In this document: in pieces, positions 48,838 through 60,965 of the stretch
Layout: every line of letters starts with the position of its first letter
Position numbering within the stretch: position 1 is the first letter of the stretch
Assembly (NCBI GenBank): GCA_951406725.2
Contig: OX597821.1
Coordinates: forward strand, 59,644,001 to 59,708,000
Origin: Octopus vulgaris
Lineage: Eukaryota
Reading direction: 5' to 3'
Length of the DNA stretch: 64,000 bases
Program-made: the position numbers and the translations under genes
Notes under the pieces: generated by a model
What the model saw: only the letters and a program-made list of their open reading frames with translations
Databases searched by the model: none
What the model was told of the DNA's origin: nothing

Positions 48838-49373
48838 AGGTGTGTGGCTGTATGGTAAGAAGCTTGCTTCTCAACCACATGGTTCTGGGTTCAGTTCCAC
48901 TGCATGGCACTTTGCCCGAGTGTCTTCTACTATAGCCTTAGGCCAACCAAAGACTTGTGAGTTAATTTGGTAAATGGAAACTGAATGAAGCCCATTACAT
49001 ATGTGTGTGTGTGTGTCTGTGTTTGTACCCCTGCCATTTCTCGACAATTAATGCTGGTGTGTTTATATCCCCATAACTTAGCAGTTTGGCAAAAGGGATA
49101 ATAGAATAAGTACTAGGTTTACAAAAAATAAGTCCCAGGGTCGATTTCTTCAACTAAAACCCTTTAAGGCAGTACTCCAGCATGGCTGCAGTCAAATGAC
49201 AGAAACAAGGAGTGGCTGTGTGGTAAGTAGCTTGCTTACGAACCACATGGTTCCGGGTTCAGTCCCACTGCGTGGCACCTTGGGTAAGTGTCTTCTACTA
49301 TAGCCTCGGGCTGACCAAAGCCTTGTGAGTGGATTTGGTAGATGGAAACTGAAAGAAGCCCGTCATAAATATG

Positions 49374-49464
<91 letters not shown>

Positions 49465-49700
49465 ATATGTTTGTGTGTCTGTGTTTGTCCCTCCAACTTC
49501 GCTTGACAACCGATGCTGGTATGTTTAAGTCCCCGTAACTTAGTGGTTCGTCAAAAGAGACTGATAGAATAAGTACTAGGCTTACAAAGAATAAGTCCTG
49601 GGGTCGAATTGCTCGACTATAGGCAGTGCTCCAGCATGGCAACAATCACATGACTGAAACAAGTAAAAGAGTAAAAGAGAGTAAAGAGAGAATAAAAGAA
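48838..49700 (+). mobile_element. Two tandem SINE family A copies, the younger inserted at the tail of the older
   Basis: Heads at ~48838 and ~49209; the second has a ~75-bp (TA)n. Confidence 0.85.
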
Positions 49701-49735
49701 TAAATTCTTAATGACATTTAATTATAAAATTCCAG

Positions 49736-49790
<55 letters not shown>

Positions 49791-49838
49791 TAGGAAAGAA
49801 TGGAGCTGAACGAAGATTTAACAAAATTCCTTTATTTT

Positions 49839-49924
49839 ATTTTCGACATATGTTTCGAAGTCTGCAAAGTCCCTAATTCCGATTGAATAAGGAGTCCATT
49901 TTGCAGCTTTCTCTTCAGGAAAAT
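49839..49924 (-). ncRNA. Type I hammerhead ribozyme in a Penelope-like remnant (~49787-49945)
   Basis: ATTTTC-CTGAAGA-[55-nt stem II]-GAAA-CATATG-TC-GAAAAT: intact core, 6-bp stem I, palindromic stem III, GUC cleavage triplet. Confidence 0.8.
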
Positions 49925-51479
49925 CCAGGAACTTAATTCTCCAACAAAATACACAACAAGCTTTTCGACGTCCAGTAGAGTCAAATAGGAGAATCAAAAG
50001 GGTCCATAGGCAAAAAAATTGTCAAGAACCATTAGACTAAACAATAACATTTCCATAATTTCCTCTGCTTAACTGACTTCTATGATTCCTCTCCAATATT
50101 AGTTCACCAGGACCATTGCTTTTGTTGATTACTTCTTTTGTTCCAAGGTGGCAAATCTTGTTACCAAATATTTCTGGTGGGTCATCCATTTGTTCTGCAA
50201 CCTTAGGTTCTGAAAAGCTTCAATTACTTCCATCCTTCTAAAGTTAGACTTTCTGCTTCAGATTTCTCTCAGACACCATTTCCTTCCTGTTAGATAGTTT
50301 TCACAAATGATGGAATCTACAGAATCTCATAACAGACAGCAGGTTTTTTTGTTGCTCCAAATACCTTTTATCACCAATGTTAATGACAGTTGAAGTCTTT
50401 CTATTTTCGAGTGGCATTATACAGTCCATGAAACAATGCCGACTGATTGATCCATTTTCTTAAGAACTTGCTAGCATACCTTTTAACTACCTCGATTCTC
50501 ATTGTGTGTGTGTGTTTGCATGTGTGTAAATGATGGAGATAGAGAGAAAGAAGGTATAGAAGATTTGAGTGAGAGATAGAGACAGAAAGAGAGAGTTATT
50601 CAAACATCCAAATTACTATCATATTATATAATATATAAAACGTGGTTCACTTATCAAGGTTAAAAAAATGTTTACTTCTCTTTCCTACCAAGTACTGATG
50701 CTATAAAGTTAACAGTGTAAATGGAAAGCTGAAAGAAGAACCAATCTCAACAACTTGGCATTCCATTGCTGTACATTCCATCAGATATAAAAATAGTAAG
50801 GCTTTAGTACAAACCATTTGCTGGCTGGGTTTCTTTTTTTTTTTTAATATCTTTGGGTGTGATTCTTCTTTCACCTTAATATTAAAGCATCATGGGAACT
50901 GAAAGTAATGAGTAAAACAGGTAATAGTATTTGCTGTCTAACTACAAAGTGGAATGAACTCAAGGGTCCTACAATGGATAACATTAAACAATGATAAAGC
51001 TGGAAGTCATATCAGGCTTATGAAATAGCCATTCTTATGTTTTGGTCATATATGACAAAAATGCAAGCAATTCTTTCAGTAACAACTAGCAACTAACATA
51101 GTAATACTAATTACTGAAGTAACAATTCCTACTTTAATAAGATACTATTTCAATATTCAAAGCAGTTGCCATTAGAAAATAGTGTGCTATTATCACTTCA
51201 AAAAACACTAGCAGCTACTATAACAATACTAATAACAGCCACAGCAACAGCTATTAATTACTACAGCAACTACTAGTCACTACCATAGAAACAGCTAGCA
51301 ACTGCTACCTGAATCCTGGTATGCTGGTTACTAACTAAAAAAGGGGACTAATCTAAGGGGTATAATTCCAATGAGCTTAACAACTAACTTTACTCTTTTT
51401 CATTTTTGGTCTGTTAGTCTGTCTTCTATGGCTGTGTTCTTTCATTCATGATTTTTGTTCTGAAACTTGTCATATTTAT

Positions 51480-51700
51480 GGTGCAGCAGTGTTTGTGGTT
51501 AAATAAAGGTGCCATTGCAGACAAAGGGCATTGTGTTTGTTTGAAGTGAATACATCTTGCAATGAGCATAAGGCCCCCATCTTTCCAAGATATGTAACAT
51601 TTATGTGTATAAACACTGCTACAAGACAGAGGCGGAGTTTCAAACTTTGTGGATAATGGATGTGCAGCAGGAATATTGGCAGGGCCTTAAATATCAACTC
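51480..51700 (-). pseudogene. Possible highly decayed non-LTR RT fragment
   Basis: SLKLRLCLVAV..LQDVFT loosely resembles the RTE C-terminal KLRLF..LDVF pattern. Confidence 0.3.
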
Positions 51701-52334
51701 ACTGCCTGGGAATTAAACCAGAATCATTGTGTTCCAGTGTGAAAATAATCATAAACACGAAAACAGGATTTTATCAGGAACTGACATCAGCAAGCGGTTA
51801 GTCCTTGAAAACACATTAGTTCTTGATAGACACATTAAGGACTTGATAGACACATTAAGAACTTGTTTTTAAAAGTAGCTGGGCTGACCAGAAAAAACAC
51901 ATTTGAAACAACAGATGGTTAACTCATTAAAATCCCAATTTCAGTAAACAATATATTAGAATGTCATTAGCAATTTTGTCTTTGGTGCCTTTTCTTTGAC
52001 AAACCATTAAGTAGATATAAATAATTTGCTGGTATTTGACCAGTAGTCATAATACAGCCACACCAATAGCTACAGGACCTTACACCAATCAACTTCATCT
52101 GTGGAATTTGCTAACTACAATAGTCCACTATCGATGCTGACACACATCTCTCTTGGTCACACACTAATTGACTCCCTTGGTGTTAATATCATCTTTCTCT
52201 GTCATTGTAGTCTGTCATTACAGATGTAACAAATCATGCTTTTCTAACCTAAGAAGCAGGAGTGATTCAAACATGTCAGGAACACTACGTAAGCTAGTTA
52301 TCAGGACTAAGAAAGATCTCTCTCATGTTAGTGC

Positions 52335-53392
52335 TGTAGGAAATAATAATGGCTGCGTGTTTGAAAACGGCGGGTCACCAGTGTAGGAAATACGACCGTA
52401 TGTGGAGGTTGGCGACATAGGTAAGTCACACGGTCGCATCCCTAACGAAATAAGATAAGCCATAAATACAATTTATACAATGCAGTGCCAACAGAATATA
52501 GATGAAAGACGACAAGCCATTCCACTGTTTGAGAGATAGATAAGGTTTTATTTACAATGGTGTTAAGGTTAGAAGGTTATGAGTGCTAGCAAGTGTTGTG
52601 TATGTGTGCATGCAATAAGTGTTTGTGTTTGTGTCTTCGTGTGTGTGACAGATACAAATGAGGGTGAAAGCGTGCAACACAGTTGGTACAGAGCACGGAG
52701 TTAATGATGGAAATTGGTTTACAGTTCATAAGGTACATGATGTGTAAGAGTTCAATATCAAGATGTTGTGTCTCGGGCGGAGGCCGGTTGGCCGAATATT
52801 GTCGAGCCGCAGTCGTGGTCTCAATCGCCGAGCTGGTTCTCTTAATATAGAATTCTTCAGATGGACTGTTTCTACTTGGTGAAGGGATTCACTCTAATAG
52901 CGTGGATCTGTGAAGTTGGTGTGTACATGTCTGAAGTGGACGATGGTGATGGCGACGATGGTAGAGACGACTTGAAGTTGGTACAATGATGATGACGACG
53001 GCGGCGGAGATAGAAGGCATTCTGTTGCGGGTGTACATTAGCATCGTCGTGGCTGATCGTCTGTTGCTGTGACTGGAACATGTTGAGTAGCTCTGTGGTT
53101 AGAGGTCTAGTCCTTAGAAGGACTAGAACCAAAGACCCAAGTATACTGAGAACACTCCCTTATATACAAGTAAGGTGGCTCAACAGAGCCTAGGAAAAGG
53201 GACCTTAACCAAAGGCCATGATTGGTTGGCTTTGGCCAGTGGCGCAGAATAAGTAGAGACAAATCGCGCCACATGTCAACCAATCAGGTCAGTGGTTACA
53301 ACAGGAACAATTCGGCCAAAGATGGCTGTAATCTCAAACGAGATCATTCCTGCCGTGTCTCTCAAACAGTGAGGATATCAGAGACTGCTACA
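52335..53392 (-). mobile_element. Solo LTR
   Basis: TGTAG..CTACA termini; flanks GTGC / GAGC; CCAAT boxes (53221, 53280); minus-strand TATATAA at 53166-53160 and AATAAA at 52552-52547; CpG-rich with no coding remnant. Confidence 0.7.
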
Positions 53393-53411
53393 GAGCCATG
53401 TGTACAGTTAC

Positions 53412-53620
53412 TGTTTACTTGTTTCAATCATTGGACCGCAGCCATGCTGGAAGGGTTTAATTAAACAAATTGACTCTAACATTTATTTTTAAGACTGATA
53501 CTTACTCAATCAGTTTCTTTTGCCAGACTGCTAAATTAAGGGGGCATAAACAAACCAACACCAGTTGCCAAGCGGTGGTGAGGGACAAACATAAGCACAA
53601 AGTACACATACATATATATA
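53412..53620 (-). mobile_element. SINE family A 3' half
   Basis: Family tail motifs. Confidence 0.75.
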
Positions 53621-53712
53621 TTCATATATCATCCTAGAATTGGCTTGCATTAACATGGATCAAACTGGAAATGTAACTGGAAAGGTGTAGGCTGTAAGAA
53701 CAGCAAGATTAA

Positions 53713-53866
53713 TCATCATCGTTTAACGTCTGCTTTCCATGCTAGCATGGGTTGGACGATTTGCCTGAGGTCTGGCGAACCAGATGGCTGCACCAGATGC
53801 CAATCTGATCTGGCAGAGTTTCTACAGCTGGATGCCCTTCCTAATGCCAACCACTCCAAGAGTGTG
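53713..53866 (-). mobile_element. Family D tail
   Basis: CATCATCGTTTAACGTC..CCAACCACTCC. Confidence 0.85.
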
Positions 53867-53909
53867 GTATATATATATATATATATATATAAATATGTAT
53901 GTATATATA

Positions 53910-54385
53910 GATTCAGATGAATATGGTACTTAAGTTGAGGCGCCAGAATTTAGTATGGTATTATCCATACAATTTCAAAGTAAGATGATTAAAATCGAAA
54001 TAAGCAACAAGGATATCCAGAGGTAATGCTGTACGATCGTTTCATGCAACTCCATTTAATTGAACAATGCAATCATTACATCAATTTAAAATCTTCAACT
54101 GCACAAAGACATAGAATTTAATTAGATTAGAACAAACGGACACAATAGTATAATTATACCTAAAATCTCTAAGAAGTTAAGAAGATAGACAAAGAACATG
54201 TATCTACAACACCATAGAAGTTACTCTGTTCCATCTGTTCTAATTTAATTAAATTCTATGTCTTTGTGGAGTTGAAGATTGCTCTACATTTTAAATTGAT
54301 GTAATGATTGCATTGTTCAATTAAATGGAGTTGAATGAAACGATTGTACTGCATTACCTCTGGATATCCTTGTTGCTTATTTTGA
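53910..54385. mobile_element. Penelope-like remnant with ~150-bp inverted arms, between (TA)n tracts
   Basis: Arm 53995-54140 is the reverse complement of 54230-54385. Confidence 0.75.
54266..54354 (+). ncRNA. Hammerhead-like motif (C3U variant) with a mirror copy on the minus strand at 54026-54104
   Basis: Two-arm consensus TGCAG-TTGAAGA-[long stem II]-GAAA-CGATCG-TA-CTGCA; each copy has point lesions. Confidence 0.6.
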
Positions 54386-54459
54386 TATATATATATATAC
54401 ACATATATATAGATGTATGTATATACACACACATATACATGCATATACATATACATATA

Positions 54460-54790
54460 TAAAGGGTAAAGGGTAATGACCATGGGATTGCATCTAGAAA
54501 GTTACCTTCCAAGGAACAAGTCCGGGCAAGGTTGTTTATGGAAGACCAACAGTCGCCCATGCATACCAACCTACCCTTTCCATGCTATTGATGTTATCCA
54601 TGGGAAAGGCAAAGGCTGATGCAGCTTGGCACCAGTGATGTCGCAACTCATTTCTGCAGCTGAGTGAACTGGAGCAACATAAAATAAAGTGTTTTACTCA
54701 AGAACATAACACACAGCCATGTCTGGGAATCGAACTCACTGCCTCATGATTGTGAACCCGACAATGTTCTAACCACTGAGCCATGTCCAT
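54460..54790 (-). mobile_element. SINE with family E-like head and a different body, (TTTACCC)n tail
   Basis: Reverse complement GGCTCAGTGGTTAG..GAGTTCGATTCCC..TTGCTCCAGTTCACTCAGCTG. Confidence 0.75.
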
Positions 54791-54897
54791 ATATATATAT
54801 ATATGTATATGTGTGTGTGTGTGTGCGTGTGTGTGTGTGTGTGTATAAATACATATACACACACATACATGCACACGGATGTTCTTTATTCTGTTAA

Positions 54898-55215
54898 AGT
54901 TTATTTTTATGCACTCTTTTCAAGCCTAGCCCGACTCATGGGCCCAGGTTCCCGGTTTCTGTGGTGTATGTGTTCCTCCCAGCTGAACGAGATGCCAGTT
55001 CATCACAGCATTACTCAAGAAACAAGAAAAAGTGAGAGAAAGTTGGGGTGAAAGAGTACAACAGGGGTCACCACCCCCCACACCCTGCCGGAGCCTCATG
55101 GAGCTTTTAGGTGTTTTCGCTCAATAAACACACACAATGCTCGGTCTGGGAATCGAAACCGCGATCCTCTGACCGCGAGTCCGCTGCCCTGACCACTGGG
55201 CCATTGCGCCTCCAC
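54898..55215 (-). mobile_element. SINE with family B head and family E-like tail
   Basis: B head 55215-55025; tail resembles 40120-40200; TTCTGTTAA duplicated on both flanks. Confidence 0.7.
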
Positions 55216-55319
55216 TTCTGTTAAGGTAAGATCACCAAAAGAAGTACTCCATCCAGTGAGAGATAAATATCATTTAATGTACATAGTATAAAGATACAAG
55301 AAACTTAAGAAATGCTTCA

Positions 55320-55898
55320 GACTACTCATGGATTAACATGTATGAACCAAACATCTGTTTACACTGGCACAAGAGGCCAGGCAAAGCAAGTCCACCAGAA
55401 AGGTCATGACAATTCCCTTTCTCCACAACAAGGGTATCATCAACATCCACTGGGTTCCCTCTGGCCAGACATTAAACGAAGACTATTTTGTGGAGGCTTA
55501 GAGGGAGTTCAGAATGAGATTTTGTTGTGAATATCGATCACCAGCACCAGAAGAGTGCACCAATTCACAATTCCATCATAGTTTTGATGCTACTTGAGAG
55601 AGCTTGGCAACAAAACTCTCTCTCTCTCTCACACACACCCTCTCTACAGACCTTGGTCTCTGTGACTTTTGGTTGTCCTCTAAGCTGAAGAAGAAGATGA
55701 ATGAGGTTATGACAGGGCCCTGGATAGCTTCCCTTTGAAGGACTTCCATGGGGCCATCATGAAATGGCTGGAATGCTACAACAAGTGCATTGAACTCAGA
55801 AGCTCCTTCTTTGAAGGAGATTAGAGTTTTTTTCTTTCTTTGAAATGAATGAATATCTCTCCTGAAAAAGTCACAGAACTTGTAGAATGCACCTTGTG
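55320..55898 (+). pseudogene. Mariner transposase 3' remnant with TIR
   Basis: ARQSKSTRKVMTIPF..IHWVPSGQT..SAPIHNS..DLGLCDFWL..KWLECYNKCIE..FEGD*; ends AAAAAGTCACAGAACTTGTAGAATGCACC. Confidence 0.85.
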
Positions 55899-56239
55899 AT
55901 ATGCCCATCCATCTATTATACCATCAAATGCAGTAATTAATTTTTATCAAGTTAATTTGCATGCTTAGTGAAAAACAAAAACCAGTCTGATTTTTACTAG
56001 GAGGCAAGGGACAACTATGGACATGTTCCAGGCTATTAGACTTCATCTACATATAACAGTGTAACACCAAGCCTGCATATTATTTAGAAAGGGTCATGAA
56101 TAATTGTTGGCCAGTATAATTTGCTTTATTAGAAGTAACATAAACTAGAATAGTTTAAATACAGGTGTATTGGAGCAATTAAGTTAAAGGGAGATAAACG
56201 GGACATTCCCTGCAAAAGAATCCTTAATTTGAGAAATTG

Positions 56240-56740
<501 letters not shown>

Positions 56741-57006
56741 GCAGCTGTGCATATTATCCCAACCGTTACTTGTGCAGCCATTAGATGCAGTATTATTTAC
56801 TGATAAACATATTTTAGTACACCTACACTAATAAGTAACATACACGTTGATGCCCAGCTTCGCCAATTTGGATATATTGACACAGTTACACATTTTGACA
56901 TAGATACATAACTTAGCTTTTTAACTCACTCACCCACGCCGCAACACACTGACATCGTCACACAGAGCTTCATAAACGCACGCACATACACGCGCATACA
57001 CACACA

Positions 57007-57055
<49 letters not shown>

Positions 57056-57560
57056 AACGTACACATTTGCAAAAACCAACCACATTAAATATGAGCCAAT
57101 GATAGAGCATTTATGTGGTCACTCACCCTGCTAAAAGTAGCAGTCGAGTCGTCTTCAAATTATTGTATTTGATCGCATGTAAAACACTGCCCCGCCACAC
57201 ACGCAGACACAAAAATGTCTCGATATAATCACTCCTGGTCCTACTAAATATTACATGCTTTAATGCACTAAAAACTTTTTTTCCTGCATATGCACTGCTA
57301 AGTTTGGGGTTCGTCCTTCATACCATCAAATGCAGTCGGATGTAATGCGGCTGTCTTTGAAAAGAAAGGAAGGTCACATTATATAATCGTAGCCCCTGAT
57401 AATGCTACGACTGAATAAAAGTGATGAAGGTCATAACTGGGATGCATTTGGTCGTAGGCCAGTTCCTTCAATGTTGAGCAAGGAGCTAAAGATCACCAAC
57501 GATGTTAAATATGATTCAGTTATAATTTCAGTTTTCTTTTTATTATATAATTCCATTTAA

Positions 57561-58170
57561 GGCGGCGAGCTGGCAGAAGCGTTAGCACGCCCGGCGAAAT
57601 GCTTAGCGATATTTCGTCTGCTGCTACGTTCTGAGTTCAAATTCCGCCGAGGTCAACTTAGCCTTTCATCCTTTCGGGGTCGGTAAATTACGTACCAGTT
57701 GCGTACTGAGGTCGATCTAATCAACTTCCCCTTCCCCCAAAATTTCGGGCCTCGTGCCTAGAGTAGAAAAAATTACCTAATTCCATTTAAGGCTGTGAGC
57801 TGGCAGAATCTTTCAAGTTCAAATTCCGTCGAGGTTGGCTTTTATCCTTTCGGAGTCGATGGAACAAGTCCCAGTTGAGCACTGGGGTAAATGCAATTGA
57901 CTAGCTCCACTCTTCAAAAAAAAAATTGTACCGTGGTTGAAAAATAAAAAGGATTATTTAATTCCATTTTCATATAGGAATAAGGCAGCGAGCTGACAGA
58001 GTGGTTAGAACGCCAAAGATTCCTCAAGGAATTTTTTCCCATTCATTATGTCCTGAATTCAAATTCCTTCGAGGTCGACGTTGATTAAATAAGTACCAGT
58101 TGCACACAGGACGATGTAATAGACTTACCAGTTTCTCTGAAATTACTACCCTGCATCAAAATTTGAAACC
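57561..58170 (+). mobile_element. Three tandem SINE family C copies; the first is near intact
   Basis: GGCGGCGAGCTGGCAGAA head; TAATTCCATTTAAG duplicated around the first copy. Confidence 0.85.
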
Positions 58171-58226
58171 ATTCACATGTAGTAATACAATTTTTAATAG
58201 AAATCGACCTACTACTTGAGTGGTGC

Positions 58227-58392
58227 CAGGGCCGGCCCTAGAGTTGCTAACACCCCGAGCAAGCTGAATATCGGCGTGTACAAGCTGACGATTATGGAAA
58301 TTTCCTTGTTTTTGTCACGCCCTCCTTGGCGTACCCTAGCACATGGCACCCCGGGCGCGAAATTTTTTTCCCACGAGAGTTCCGGACCCTAG
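58227..58392. mobile_element. Possible GC-rich MITE
   Basis: CAGGGCCGG left end, CCGGACCCT right end; no clear TSD. Confidence 0.4.
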
Positions 58393-58402
58393 TTATGAAC
58401 TC

Positions 58403-58425
58403 ATTTGCATACAGCCAATCAGAGC
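58403..58425. promoter_or_regulatory. Octamer plus CCAAT box pair
   Basis: ATTTGCAT (58403-58410) and AGCCAATCAG (58413-58422) in a CpG-retaining domain. Confidence 0.35.
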
Positions 58426-58995
58426 TCAACTAGCAAACTAATTCATGAACACATAACAAGTGATGGGCGATAAGATAAGTTTCATTTGGGTAAAGAATGA
58501 TCATGCTTCTTTTCTCTTTTGATAATGCTTGTTGTTCTTGTTATTGTTTCAACCATGGCTGCCTCTGCGTATTTATTTGTGTTGTTTGCTTTGTAAAACA
58601 GTAAGGGGAGAAGGTTGCTAGTATTCACCCTCTACCCACATTTTTCCCATCCACATCTTTACCATATGGCTCCCTAATAAAATCCAGTAATAGGTAAGAT
58701 GCAAATTATATCTAATTACCTGTCTCCTTCTATCAGGCATAATTTGATCATCTACTTTTTTTTTTTTTTCTAGGTAAACTATGTTATTGATATCTCTGTA
58801 ACTTTAGCCAGAACAGCCTCCCTTCCTTCTTGTTTTCATTCAATTTCCCACCTCACCATTATCGACAATGTACCTCGTTTTTATCTTTTATCGTTCACTT
58901 ATTTCAGTCAATGGACTGCGGCTATGCTGGAGCACTGACTCGAACGGTTTCAGTCGAACAAATCAACCCCAGTACTTCTGCCACTTATTCTATCG

Positions 58996-59144
58996 CACTA
59001 GCGTAGCTGTGTGGGTTGGTGGTGGGACCGTCCGTCCCGGACTGCACATTTGGGTCTGCTGTAAGCAATGTGTGCATTTTTGTGGGGTCCGGGGGCGGCA
59101 AACGGAAGAGCCGTTCTGGGCGATACACTCTAGCTACGCGAGTG
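58996..59144. mobile_element. hAT-type MITE nested in a SINE A (-, 58890-59240)
   Basis: TIR CACTAGCGTAGCT / AGCTACGCGAGTG; perfect 8-bp TSD TTCTATCG. Confidence 0.9.
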
Positions 59145-59728
59145 TTCTATCGGTCCTCTCTTTTGCCGAAACGTTAAGTTATAAGGACATAAAAAAACCA
59201 ACACCGGTTGTCAAAGCGGCGGTGGGACACACACACACATGCACAACGTGCTACTACCATCACCATAACATGTGGAGTAACTACTACTACTACTACTACT
59301 ACTACTGATATTGCTGTTCCCTTCAAACCACCTAACCACCACCACTAGAAATAGCAACTAAAACTCCCTCACGTCACACTGCTGTGTTAATAAAACGAGG
59401 AAATGACACACTGCCTAAACAAAATAGATGGAATGGTCACAGTTGGAATGTTTAGTTTTTTTTTTATATTAGAAACAGCAGCTAAATCTCTCTTGTATTT
59501 CATTCTGATGCTGCTATCTTAATAAAATGTGTTGGGGGGAAATGATACACTTAATCATGTAAGTCGTCTGAAGAAAACAGACGGAACGGTCACAGTTGGA
59601 ATATCTGTTGTATTATATTAGGCCTGCTCGATCAGGTCCGACCTGGGGTTAAACAGTCACACAAACGACTGTTACTGCCGCTATGACGACTGCTACTGAT
59701 AGTGTTACTCCCGTCATAATTACTACTA

Positions 59729-59761
<33 letters not shown>

Positions 59762-59824
59762 TTTTTTTCAATTGCTACTTCTGGTACAATTAAATATTAC
59801 CACCACCACCACCACCACCTTTAC

Positions 59825-59870
59825 CGTTACAGCTCAACATTGTCTTCCGCCACAAGTGATCGACAACAGC
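59825..59870 (-). other. Candidate first coding exon end: ATG TTG AGC TGT AAC G|GTAAAG (MLSCN...); 5' boundary unknown
   Basis: A at -3 of the ATG, plausible donor, and a unique CpG-containing island between trinucleotide tracts next to promoter motifs. Confidence 0.35.
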
Positions 59871-60009
59871 AGCAACAACTACTACTATTACTACTACTAC
59901 TACTACTGCTGCTGTTACTGCAATTGCTGCTACCAGTGCAATTAATATCACCGCCGCCACCACCAACACCAACAACAACAACATCACTACCATTGTTCAA
60001 CTTTTGTGT

Positions 60010-60120
60010 CCTCCCCCACACATCAGGTACACGTGAGCTGCGTGTCGGCTGATCGTGACGTTAAAGAACGAATCAATTTTATAGTTTCTATTTACGTTAT
60101 AAGGGGCGTGGTGAGTTGCA
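60010..60120. promoter_or_regulatory. Promoter-like motif cluster, possibly bidirectional
   Basis: E-box CACGTG at 60030, TGACGT at 60056, and GC box GGGGCGTGG at 60103-60111 overlapping a + strand donor-like GTGAGT at 60111. Confidence 0.45.
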
Positions 60121-60334
60121 ATACTTAACAAGCTTGGCAAGTCTTGGCTGTTGATCTATCTATCTGTATGCGCGTGTGTGTGTAATGAGAGTCAGTGTGG
60201 CTATGCCAATTAGTGTTGTAGTTCTGTCTATGTATATGTGTATGTTTGTATACCTATTGTGTATGTGTATATGTTTGTATATCTGTTGTGTATGTGTGTG
60301 TTTGTATCTTCTGTGCATTCTTTTATTATTTTTT

Positions 60335-60555
60335 AAACTTATTTCAGTCGTTTTTCACTGCGGCCATGCTGGAGCACCGCCTTTAGTCGAACAATTCGAC
60401 TCCAGGACTTATACTTTGTAAGCCCAGTACTTATTCTATCGATTTCTTTTGCTGAACTACTAAGTTACGGGGACGTAAATACACCAACATCGGTTGTCAA
60501 GCGATGGTAGTGGTAGTGGGGGTGGGGCAAACACAAACATACAAATACATATTTG

Positions 60556-60595
<40 letters not shown>

Positions 60596-60886
60596 GGTAA
60601 TAAAAATCTTTGAAATTTTTACTACCAGTGGCCTAGCATGTAGAAAAATTAGTCAATAGACTATATACTATACATAGAAATACAGTGTACATTGAAATAT
60701 ATAAGAGGTATCCATCATAACATTCCTGGCACCCCAGAAAGAACAGCCAAAATCCAAACCACTATTAGGAATAAACTTCGAAGGGAATGAAAAATAAAAA
60801 TCCCTAATAGTGGTTTGGATTTCGGCTGTTCCTTCTAGCGTGCCAGGAATCCTATGATGGATACCTCTTATGTGTTTAAATGTACA

Positions 60887-60933
<47 letters not shown>

Positions 60934-60965
60934 TACGACAGGCTTTTTTCAGTTTCCGTCTATGG
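60335..60965 (-). mobile_element. SINE family A interrupted in its (TA)n
   Basis: Tail 60335-60560; resumes after ~60930. Confidence 0.8.
60593..60892. mobile_element. (TA)n-inserted element with ~90-bp inverted arms (Penelope-like architecture)
   Basis: 60681-60769 is the reverse complement of 60802-60891; (TA)n on both flanks. Confidence 0.7.

Larger units (their letters stand above)
48696..50034. mobile_element. Old hAT MITE split by nested insertions
   Basis: Ends CAGTAATTCCCAA / TCAAGAACCATTA; TSD GACTAAAT / GACTAAAC; GGGTCCATA subterminal motifs at both ends. Confidence 0.6.

Noticed and set aside
51821-51865. Short tandem duplication containing CTTGATAGACACATTAAG
   Set aside because: Ordinary slippage duplication with no further structure
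57121-57127. Minus-strand GTGAGT donor
   Set aside because: It lies at the edge of an ancient family F repeat copy, with no supporting exon
58280-58309. Hammerhead-like ACAAG-CTGACGA-TTATG-GAAA-TTTC-CTTGT
   Set aside because: The core and stem I match, but neither stem II nor stem III can form; probably chance
58556-58597. Signal-peptide-like ORF MAASAYLFVLFAL
   Set aside because: In-frame stop after 13 codons, before the nearest donor-like site
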